Origin: Thermoanaerobaculaceae bacterium
Lineage (GTDB): Bacteria > Acidobacteriota > Thermoanaerobaculia > Multivoradales > UBA5704
NCBI GenBank assembly: GCA_963785165.1
Contig: CAWAUI010000004.1
Location: 192,074 to 256,073, forward strand
DNA: 64,000 bases
Direction: 5' to 3'
In this document: positions 9,085-18,137 of the stretch, piece by piece
Position numbering within the stretch: the stretch's first letter is position 1
Layout: every line of letters begins with the position of its first letter
Notes under the pieces: generated by a model
Told to the model about the DNA's origin: nothing
What the model saw: the letters and a program-made list of their open reading frames with translations, nothing else
Database searches by the model: none
Position numbers and translations under genes: made by a program

Positions 9085-9612
9085 GTGTCTACGCCTTTCA
9101 TACTAATAGAAGACCATGAGAGTTGGATTAAGCGTGCGTGTAGAAAGTACGGGCACACTCGCGAGTACTGGCGGGAACTTATTCGCCGCCAGCTCGGGGC
9201 CTGCGCATTCTCCCAGGCGCCTCTGTTCTTCAACACCGCATATGGCACTCCCGTCAAGGGAGGGCCCAGCCAGCATCCTCTATATGCCGTAGTGGATCAC
9301 TGCGCGCCAGGCTCAGACGAGTATGGCCATGAGATCGTGTGCAACGACCTCAACGATATTAAGGGCCATTTGCCGTACGCCTGCTTTCAGGCGCTTCGCA
9401 GGACAGACGCGTGGAGACAGTTCATGCTTCGTTGGCGGCAACAGGCCCAGAGAAATCCGGACCGCGCAGCTCTCGGAGCATTGCGCCGGGCGGGCGCCCT
9501 AGATCTAGCGGATTCGGAAGGTTCCCTGGAACCCCGGCCTGACGAACAAAACGGAGTAAGCAGGCCGGCAGGGATGCCGGCGCTCCCAGGGGGCGCTACG
9601 CCAATCCTGTAG
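9085..9612 (+). CDS. Hypothetical protein with an HNH-like nuclease motif
   Basis: 175 aa. AVVDHCAPGSDEYGHEIVCNDLNDIKGHL fits the DH...N...CN..K HNH pattern. The N-terminal half lies in low-GC DNA. Confidence 0.4.
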   Translation: MSTPFILIEDHESWIKRACRKYGHTREYWRELIRRQLGACAFSQAPLFFNTAYGTPVKGGPSQHPLYAVVDHCAPGSDEYGHEIVCNDLNDIKGHLPYACFQALRRTDAWRQFMLRWRQQAQRNPDRAALGALRRAGALDLADSEGSLEPRPDEQNGVSRPAGMPALPGGATPIL

Positions 9613-9787
9613 GCCAACCCAAACCACCAACCCTGCGGTCCCGCCAGGGACCACCGTCGGTAGCCAGGGATTTCAATCCCTGGCGAGGGGACTACCATCC
9701 CCAATCTGGAAGCCCTTTGTCGATTTCAGGCTCCCCCGAACGACTACTAGACGATACAGTCGTTCAACGACGCTAAAGGAGCCAACG

Positions 9788-10177
9788 ATGAAATACCTAT
9801 GCCTGGCCTACGGTGCAGAAGAGAAGATGAATGCGTTGTCCAAAGAGGAAATGGATTCCCTCATCGGCAAATGCCGGACGTACGATCAGGAGCTTCAGAA
9901 GTCTGGCCACTTGGTCTCAGGGATGAGCCTCGGTTGGGGATCCACGATCCTGCGGCTGCGCAACGGCAAGCTCTCCGTGACGGATGGCCCCTATTCGGAG
10001 ACCAAGGAAGTGGTGGGTGGGCTGGTCGTGATCGAGGCGCGGGATCTGAACGAAGCGATTCAGGTGGCTTCGCTCCATCCGGCGGCACGGATGGGGGAGG
10101 ACATCGGGTGGGGGATCGAGCTGCGGCCCATCGAGGAGTTTCCGATCTGCAAGCCGAAGCCGGCGGACGCGGAGTAA
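9788..10177 (+). CDS. YciI (YCII/DGPF) family protein
   Basis: 129 aa. MKYLCLAYG...DGPYSETKEVVGGLVVIEARDLNEAIQVAS is typical of the YCII domain. Immediately upstream of the sigma-factor gene, which is a frequent pairing. Confidence 0.8.
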   Translation: MKYLCLAYGAEEKMNALSKEEMDSLIGKCRTYDQELQKSGHLVSGMSLGWGSTILRLRNGKLSVTDGPYSETKEVVGGLVVIEARDLNEAIQVASLHPAARMGEDIGWGIELRPIEEFPICKPKPADAE

Positions 10178-10181
10178 GCGG

Positions 10182-11444
10182 ATGGGTGAGGCTGCGGCTG
10201 TTCGCGAGGTGGTGGAGGAGGTCTACCGCTCCGAGTCGCGCCGCGTCCTCGCCACTCTGATCCGCCTCCTGGGTGACTTCGATCTCGCCGAGGAGGCGCT
10301 GCATGACGCGTTCGCGGCGGCCCTGGAGAGGTGGCCACGAGAGGGGCCGCCCGCCAAGCCCCGGGCGTGGCTCGTGTCGACGGGCCGGTTCAAGGCCATC
10401 GACACCCTGCGCCGGCGTTCCCGGTTCGATGCCTCGATGGCGGAGCTGGCCGAGCGTGTCGATGCGGCCCGGGCGGCGGAGGACGCCATGGTGTGGGATG
10501 GGGAGGGCTTGGAGGACGACCGGCTGCGGCTGATCTTCACGTGCTGCCATCCCGTGCTGCCGCCGGACGCGCAGGTGGCCTTGACGTTGCGCCAGGTCTG
10601 CGGCCTCACGACGGAGGAGATCGCGCGTGCCTTCCTCGCGCCTCCCTCGACGGTGGCCCAGCGGATCGTACGCGCCAAGGCGAAGATCCGCGAGGCGCGC
10701 ATCCCCTATCAGGTGCCCTCGGTCGCCGAGCTGCCGGACCGGCTGGACGCCGTGCTCCACGTGATCTATCTCGTTTTCAACGAAGGGTACTCCGCGTCCT
10801 CGGGGGAGTCACTGACGCGGGCCGATCTCTCGGCCGAGGCGATCCGCCTGGGGCGGCTGCTGGTGGAGCTGCTGCCGGAGCCCGAAGCCTTGGGACTGCT
10901 GGGATTGATGTTGCTTCAGGAGTCGCGCCGTGCCGCGCGCACCTCACCGGCGGGGGAGCTGGTTTTGCTGGACGATCAGGACCGTTCGCTCTGGAACCGC
11001 GAGCAGATCGCGGAGGGTGCGGCGCTGGTGGAACGGGCGCTTCGGTCCCGCCGGTTCGGCCCCTACACGCTTCAGGGTGCGATCGCGGCGGTGCACGCCG
11101 AGGCGCCGGATGCCGCCTCGACGGACTGGGCCCAGATCGTGGGGCTGCACGACGTGCTGGCGCGGGCGGATCCGTCGCCAATCGTCGAGCTGAACCGCGC
11201 CGTGGCGGTGGCCATGCGGGATGGTCCTTCAGAGGGGCTCGCCCTCGTCGAAGCCATTCTGGAGCGTGGCGACTTGGCGGACTATCACCTGGCGCACGCG
11301 GCACGGGCGGATCTGTGTCGGCGGTTGGGGAGAACGGCGGAGGCCCGCTCTTCGTACGAGCGGGCCTTGAGTCTGGTGAAGCAGGAGACGGAACGGCGCT
11401 TTCTCGAGCGGCGTCTGGCTCAGTTGGGGGTGACGATCGGGTAG
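10182..11444 (+). CDS. ECF-type RNA polymerase sigma factor with a long C-terminal extension
   Basis: 420 aa. Region 2 (DAFAAALERWPREGPPAKPRAWL), region 4 HTH (LTLRQVCGLTTEEIARAFLAPPSTVAQRIVRAKAKI), then a ~230-aa helical C-terminal domain. Confidence 0.85.
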   Translation: MGEAAAVREVVEEVYRSESRRVLATLIRLLGDFDLAEEALHDAFAAALERWPREGPPAKPRAWLVSTGRFKAIDTLRRRSRFDASMAELAERVDAARAAEDAMVWDGEGLEDDRLRLIFTCCHPVLPPDAQVALTLRQVCGLTTEEIARAFLAPPSTVAQRIVRAKAKIREARIPYQVPSVAELPDRLDAVLHVIYLVFNEGYSASSGESLTRADLSAEAIRLGRLLVELLPEPEALGLLGLMLLQESRRAARTSPAGELVLLDDQDRSLWNREQIAEGAALVERALRSRRFGPYTLQGAIAAVHAEAPDAASTDWAQIVGLHDVLARADPSPIVELNRAVAVAMRDGPSEGLALVEAILERGDLADYHLAHAARADLCRRLGRTAEARSSYERALSLVKQETERRFLERRLAQLGVTIG

Positions 11445-12199
11445 ACGGCGCCGGAGTCGGCCTGAAGGGTCACGCCCTCGGGGATCTGGTTGATCACGAG
11501 CCGGGCCGTGGCGTCGGCGTTATGGTCGCCGCTGAGGTTGATCTTGTAGGACGTCTTGGTCATGACCCGCAGCTTGGCGTCGACGCTGAGCTTGGAGCCG
11601 ACGGTGGTGTTGAGCACGAGCTGAGGAGCCACGGCGCTCGTATCGCCGTAGATGTAACTCGTGGACCAGCGCGACCGTGCCGTGCCGGCGCCGATCTGAA
11701 GGGTCATCTCGATATAGCCGCTATAAGTACCGGTCCGGTCCCACCGGTTGATGGTCACGTCATTGCCGAAGACGATCGTGACCGGCGTGCCGGCCGGCAG
11801 GATGTCGGACTTGACGGTCAGCCGGTCGCGGAAATAGGCGTAGGCGTATCCGTAGGGCTCCGACGCGTTGGGGACGTTGGTGCCGCTCACGACGTGCGCG
11901 TGGCTGCTCGCCGTGGCGTGGAGCTCCGCCTGCTGGGCCTCGGAGCTCGCGGCGACGTCAGCGTACAGGGAGGCGTAGCCCGGAGCCGACATGGTGACGC
12001 CCTGCGGGTCGGACAGCGTGTCGGCGTAGGTGCCGCCGGGCAGCCACCCGGAGTCATCGGTGTAGGTGCCGGTGTAGCCGAGCGTCTGAGAGGTCGACTG
12101 CACGCCGTAGTAGTAGGTCTGAGCCTGGGCGGGCGCGGTGGCGAAACCAAGGGTGGTGAGAGTCAGAGCGGCGGCCAGGACGGTGTTTCGGGTGAACAT
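11420..12199 (-). CDS. Secreted hypothetical protein (Tyr/Thr/Ser-rich, probably beta-rich)
   Basis: Signal peptide MFTRNTVLAAALTLTTLGFATAPAQA. No recognisable domain. Confidence 0.55.
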   Translation of the reverse strand: MFTRNTVLAAALTLTTLGFATAPAQAQTYYYGVQSTSQTLGYTGTYTDDSGWLPGGTYADTLSDPQGVTMSAPGYASLYADVAASSEAQQAELHATASSHAHVVSGTNVPNASEPYGYAYAYFRDRLTVKSDILPAGTPVTIVFGNDVTINRWDRTGTYSGYIEMTLQIGAGTARSRWSTSYIYGDTSAVAPQLVLNTTVGSKLSVDAKLRVMTKTSYKINLSGDHNADATARLVINQIPEGVTLQADSGAVYPIVTPN

Positions 12200-12344
12200 T
12201 TAGCGAATCTCCTCGCAAGTGATCTCGCTCGTGGAGCGAAAGGATTCAAGTTTTTTCAGGATCGGCCGGCGCCTTCCGCGCCAGCCTGCCTTAAGAACGA
12301 ATCCGCGAGCCGATTCCCTCACCCGCATTCAGGATCGTGAAAAG

Positions 12345-12371
12345 GGGCTGCCCGGCGACACCGGGCAGCCC
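12345..12371 (-). terminator. Rho-independent terminator of the haloperoxidase-like gene
   Basis: GGGCTGCCCGG-cgaca-CCGGGCAGCCC, 23 nt past the stop at 12394. On the minus strand it is followed by TTTTCAC. Confidence 0.6.
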
Positions 12372-12393
12372 AAGCTGAGGACGGTTTCTCTCT

Positions 12394-14119
12394 TTAAATT
12401 TCGATCGCGGTGCCGCTGAAGCTGGTGAAGCGGAAGCTTCCGCCTTCGTTGAACGTGGTCTTGTGCTCCTTCAGCAGGGCGATGGCGATCGCCTCGCCCA
12501 GCATGAGGGAGTTAAAGCCGTCGCTCCTCCAGTGCACGCCGGCGATGTTGCGGCCGGTGGCCACGTTGGAGGCCAGCTTGTTGAGCTCGCCGCCGACCGT
12601 GAGGCGAGCGATGGTGGGCACCGGCACCAGCTCCGTGCCGTCCTGGTTGGGCACGACCGGGTTGGGGATGGGGAAGGTTTCGTCGAACAGCGCCTTGAGG
12701 ATGGTGACGCACGCGCCCGCGACGGTGGCGTGGCCGGCGCCGTAGGCGGGATGCGTCGGCGAGCCCTCGGGGAAGGTCTGGGGCAACAGGAAGGCGCCGG
12801 TCAGCTCCTTGGTCCCCCTCAGGGCCAGCGAATTCAGCACGTCGGCATGGAGCGGGTACTGCCTCCAGCCGTTCTTGTGGACGTGGATGCGGCCGCCGAA
12901 CGCCTCTGGCCGCAGCCGGCGATGGACGAACCACTTCTGGAACCAGACGGTCTTCAGGGCTCGGGTGGCGACCTCGCAGAGCAGGGTCTTGAAGAAGGGC
13001 CCGCCCCAGGTGCCGAAGCCGTCCTGCGTCCGGGAGCTGAGGTACGGGTTGCCCGGGTTCGCCGGGCAGCCGATGCCGCCGCCGGTGAAGGGATCCGAGG
13101 GATCGGGCGGAGTGCCGAGGATCAGGCAGGCGTTGAAGTAGGCCTGGAACAGGACGTCGACGTGCACCCACTGCCCGAGGTCGCGGCCGTTGCGGATGTA
13201 GCGGAGAGTGGAGTCGAACCTCTGGGTGCCGATCACGTTCCCCCGCTGCACCTCCAGCCACTCATTGAAGTTTGTCATGTGATCGCTGCCGGCCTGGAGA
13301 GTGCGCATGCGCCGCAGCACCAGCTCGGCGCCGAAAGGCGTGTTTTTGAGCATGAACTGGGAGATGTAGGGGCCGTCGAGCGTGCCGGGCAGCTTGTCAC
13401 GGAACAGGGTCTGCGCCGTGACCTGGCCGTTGATCTTGGGGCCGCGGAAGTCCGAGAGGCGGGAGAAGCTCCGCGACCGCCGCCTGGGCGATGGTGTTGC
13501 TGGCGTAGCTCGTGAAGGGCACGTCCCGCAGCAGGTACATCCAATACAGCTCCACGGCCTCGCCGGCCTCCTCGGCGCTCGCGAAGGCCGGGGCCACCGG
13601 GAACTTGAATTGATGAGGGTCGAGACCCTCGGTGTCGAAGGCCAGGCCGGCCTGGGGATTGGTGAGCTTGCGCGCCCCTCCCAGAATGATGTTCTCGAAG
13701 TCGGCCGGATGGCCGGTGCTCAATGCGAAGAGCAGACCATTGTAGGCAGCGGGGTCCACCTCGCCGAATTGGTTATGGGGAAGCCCTTTCGAGTAGTTGC
13801 CGATACGGCTGGGGTAGAGAGTTTCGTCGCCGTTGCAGGGGTGCCGGGAGGGGATGCCGGCCGCCGCCATTCTGTTGGCGGCTTCGATGCGAAGCTCATA
13901 GGCGGCCTTCAGGCGCGGATCGCCGATCAAGGGACCGACCTCGGCGGCGGCGGCCTGGCTGCCGGAGCTCACCAGCGGCTCGAGGCCCGTGGCGCCCACC
14001 GTCATGGCGGCGGCGAGGCTTCCCACGCCACCGAGGAACTTGCGCCGGCTCAGGGCCGTGGCATTCTGCGTTTCGTTTTCAGTGGCCTCTTCCAGACGTA
14101 CATTTTCAGGAGTAAACAT
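12394..14119 (-). CDS. TAT-exported PAP2-superfamily / vanadium-haloperoxidase-like protein, apparent frameshift near 13360-13460
   Basis: Twin-arginine signal SRRKFLGGVGSLAAAMTV. PAP2/haloperoxidase motifs PTHPAYGAGHATVAGA and AGVHWRSD. The N- and C-terminal halves are ORFs 13397..14224 and 12394..13353. Confidence 0.75.
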
Positions 14120-14652
14120 GGACACACAACTCCTCTTTGAGAATAGGTTCTTCAACCTTCCGTTACGGCGTACATCCTGGGCAGCGGCCGCTGCTTCCCT
14201 GCTTGGGCTCAAGGACGAATCCATCTCGTCCCTGCTTCCGTAATATGGGGTGTAGCAACGAACGAAAGCGGGACAATCGAAGTAAAGATTTTTTTGCGGC
14301 TGGTTTTTATACCTTCCTTGGTTTTACTGAAGGTGAAATCGTTGCGGAACAGCGCTCGCCCGGAGTGTGTGACAGGCTGTGAATGCCCGCGGGGGCGAGG
14401 TTTATTCAGGGGCTTGATTCCTGGAGGAGGTTTGTAACTCAATTGTAACAATCCATTTATGATCCGCCCGGTGCGGGATTGGCGCGATCGTTCTCCGGCT
14501 CGCGGTGTGATGAATCGCGGGCGTCGCCGGACCCTCGCGTGGCGATCCGTGCGCCTCGCGGAGAGGAAATAACGTTTCTATTGAAGGGGGGGAGTCTGTG
14601 CGGTGGGTGAGGCGGGGACGCCCGAGCGCCCCCGCCTTTCTGGCTGTAACGG

Positions 14653-17600
14653 CTACTGCTGAGTGATCTTCACGTCGTCGATCCCCGCTTCCACCAGGCT
14701 GGCCGTAGAGGCGTCCGCGGCCTCGATGAGGATGCGGACGGTCTGGCCGGCGAAGGCGTTGAGGCTGATCGGCGTGGTGGTCGCCCAGGCCGCGTCGTCG
14801 TCGTTGGCGGCGTTCAGCTCCTGGAAGACCTGCGTCGTGGTGGAGCCGACGATGCTCACCCGCAGGAAGTCGGCGGACGAGGAGTTGGTGCCGTGCGCCA
14901 TGTAGTAGGCGAACGTCAGGTTGAGCGTGCCGGTCGCAGGCAGGGTGATGGCAGGCGACTGGATCCGGGTCACGCCGCCGTCGATGTCATGATCGCCCGC
15001 CGCGGCTCCCGCCAGAGGGCCGGTGACCAGGTCGGTGGTGGCGCTGAAGGCGGCGATCTGCTTGGGGCCGCTGGAGTTGGTGGCCTGCGGGACGGCGCGC
15101 TCCCAGAGGCCCGTGGTCGCCGTGTCCGTGCCATTGGGGTTACGGGTCCAGCCCTGGTCGGTGGTGAAGTCGTCGAAGAAGACGGTCACCGGGCCCGGAC
15201 CTGACACGGTGAGCGAAATGCCGGAGGTGCGGGTCAGCGAGCCGCCCACGCCCTGGGCCTGAATGCTGTAGGTGCCGGGGGTGGTCGAGCCCGCCACGGA
15301 GACCGTCAGCGTGCTGGCGGCGGTGCCGTTGGCCGGCGGCGTCACCGAAGCCGGCGCGAAGGCGCAGGAGGCGCCCGCGGGCAGGCCGGTGCAGGAGAGG
15401 GCTACGGCGCTGTTGAAGCCGTTCACGGAGGTCACCGTGCAGGTGCTGGTGGCCGTACCGCCCTGGGCGGCGGAAAGGCTCGCCGGGCTGCAGGAGAGGG
15501 TGAAGTCCGGCGTCACCGAGGCCGCCGGGGTGACGGTCAGGCAGTTGCTCACCGGGCCGTGGCAGGAGGCGTTCGAGCCCACGGCCACCACGTTGTAGTA
15601 GTAGTTGCGGCCGTTGGCCACCTGCGTGTCGGTGAAGGTGGTGCCGGTGATGTCCGCGATCCGGGTCTTGCCGAAGTCGCAGCCGGCGTGCCCCTCGGTG
15701 CGGAACACCCAGTACCGGGTAGCGCCCGCCACGGTGTTCCACGACAGCCCGGCCTGGTAGTCGCCCGCGGTGCCGGCGAGCGTCGCCGCCCCGGTGGGAC
15801 CGGCGGCGCAGCCGCTGTTGACCGGCGTCGGCGTGGCGCAGGCGATGCCGTGGCGGTTGAAGGCGTTGAAGATGGCCGTCATGTGCGGCGTGCCGTCGTT
15901 CAGGTTGCCGTTGTCGTCGTCCGCCGTCAGCCACTGCATGTAGCCGTTGGTCGCGCCGCAGCCGCTGGCCGAGGAGCCGCAGGTGCAGGAGTGCCAGGAG
16001 CCGATGTTGCCGCTGCCCAGGTAGAAGATGCGGTTGGCCGACGATGAAGGCCGATCTGGCTGTCGAGGTTGAAGGGAGCGCCGCGCAGGTCGCGCGCCAC
16101 GAGGTCCCAGGCCGCCTGGCGCGACGGGCGCCGCCGCGCAGTGCACCTGGCGGCCGCAGGGGCCGGAGCCGGTGAGGCAGGAGGTGCAGACGAAGCCGAG
16201 CGGCGTGTCGGGGGTGTTGGGGTTGTGCTTGGCCCAGTCGGCGTCGCGCACGCCCGAGCAGTCGGTGTCGCAGTGGGTCGCGCCCTGCTGCGCCTCGTTG
16301 GCGTTGAAGCCGGTGCCGTCGACGGTCTGGCCGCAGCCCTTGTCGCTGGTCGAGAAGAAGCCGTGGCCGACGCAGGAGGCCTGCAGGCGGTAGATGGCCG
16401 CGATGTCGGCGTAGCCCTTCGCTCGAGTTGGAGAGCGCGCCGGCGGCGTCGTTGTCGTCCAGGCCGTGGCCCCATTCGTGGTCGAACACGCCGGCGATCT
16501 CACCGGTGTTGCGGCAGCCGCCGCCGGAGCGGTAGAAGTTGATCGAGCTGCCGTTCCAGAAGGCGTTGCAGGTGTTGTTGAGGTTGACGTTGGTGGTCAG
16601 CCGCGCTTGCAGCCAGGTGTTGGTGGGCAGCCAGCCGCGGGCCATGCTCGGCGAGCTTGTTGACCTCGTAGAACGCCGTGCGCGAGGCCGACGGTGTTGC
16701 CGGCGCCGCCGCCGCCCGGTGGTGCAGTCGTGCTGGGCGTTGGTGCCGCCGAGGCTGATCGAGCCGGTGGTCGAGCTGTTGCTGACCGCGCCGCAGGAGT
16801 CGACGATGTCGACGTAGCGGCCGGTCAGCGTGGTCGTCGTCGTGCCGCTCGTCCAGTTGAAGATGCCGGCGCTGTTGGTGAAGTTGTTGGGCGAGGCGAG
16901 GCCGGTGTCGGCGAACGGCATCGGCCAGCCGCTCTGCATGGTGCCGCAGGTGCCGTTGGTCGGGCAGATCTCCGGTGCTGGTGACGGGTAGACGCCGCCG
17001 GTGACCTGGTGGTTGACGTAGTGGTTGACGTCCTGGAAGGCGAGCACCTCGCCGCTGTGGGCGTCGACGATGACCTCCCAGCTCGCGTCCTCGGGCGCCC
17101 GGCGGAAGACGAAGGTCCAGACCAGGCGGTGGCTGTAGCCGTTGCCGATCGCGTCCACGGAACCCGCGAGGTATCCCTGCGGGCTGACGGGGATGATCTC
17201 GAGGGCGGGCTGGCGCACGATCTGGTCGAGCGCCGAGCTGCCGCCGGCGTAGTCGAAGCCGAGCGACAGGGCCTCTGGCGGCGTCCACGGTGGGCTTGGT
17301 GTTCAGCCCCTTGACGTCGCCCCAGGTCTCGGTGCCGATCACCACCAGGTTGCCGTTGTTGAGCGAGGCGGCCAGGCGGCCGTAGCGGACCGGGATGCCG
17401 TTGTAGGTCTGCGGGAATGCTCACCTGCCAGAGTTTGGGGGCTGACGTCGGACGGAACGGACGGCGCCGAGCTGCGCCGGGTCGATCTTCAACACGTCCA
17501 CGTGCTGGAGCACCCAGGCGAGCACCGCCTCGCTGACCGTCAGCGAATCGACCTTTTCAACCGTGCGGCCAAGCTTCGCGGACAGGTCCGCGAGCTGCAC

Positions 17601-17975
17601 CCGGTTGCCGAGGCCGCGGCCGGGGATGAGGGGAACGGAGTCGATGAGGCTGGTGACCGCTCCGGAGCGCGGGTCGATGAAGACGCGCGGGAGGGCGTCG
17701 CCGGGCTTGAGGGCCTTTTCGCGCGCCGCGAAGTAGCTCTCCCAGGCCCCGCCGTTCGGGAGGCTGCCGAGGATCTCCTCGATGGGAACGTGCGAGCTGC
17801 TGATGTACAGCTCCGGCTTGAAGAACTCCTTCTGCTGGAGATAGGAGCCCTGGTCCTTGGGCTCCAGGCCCCAGGCAGGACTTCCGGGAAGACCGGCGAG
17901 ACCGCCGGCCATGACCAGCAAGGCTGCGATCAGCCCGGGCCACCCGCGAAAACGGCGAGACTTCAGTGACTCCAT
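14653..17975 (-). CDS. Large secreted zinc metalloprotease (HExxH) with propeptide, FN3/Ig-like modules and a C-terminal beta-sandwich; 8 or more apparent frameshifts
   Basis: Signal peptide at 17975. Propeptide-like N-terminal region. Catalytic GVFDHEWGHGLDD. FN3-like segment (YQAGLSWNTVAGATRYWVFRTEG). Conserved sequence continues across ORFs 17421..17975, 16500..17345, 15140..17218, 15927..16475 and 14653..16503. Confidence 0.75.
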
Positions 17976-18137
17976 AAGCCACCTCCTCTGGATTCGCCCC
18001 CGGCTCCTGGCCGGGAGGATTGAATGCTGGCGCGGGCTCGTATCAGAGGCGGTACGCGAGGAGGGATTGCAGGAGGTGTGAGAAGCCTCTAAAAGATGGG
18101 GTGCCGTTGGCTCTGGAAGCGTGACAAGTGGGGACGG

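Noticed and set aside
9637-9700. tRNA or tRNA fragment (T-arm-like CCAGGGATTTCAATCCCTGG followed by ...ACCA)
   Set aside because: The loop is not the 7-nt T-loop. No complementary acceptor 5' strand, D-arm or anticodon arm can be found on either strand. The ACCA is not positioned after a 7-bp acceptor plus discriminator.
10331-12340. 669-aa plus-strand ORF
   Set aside because: It is out of frame over the sigma-factor gene and antisense to the secreted protein gene at 11420-12199. It has shadow-ORF composition.
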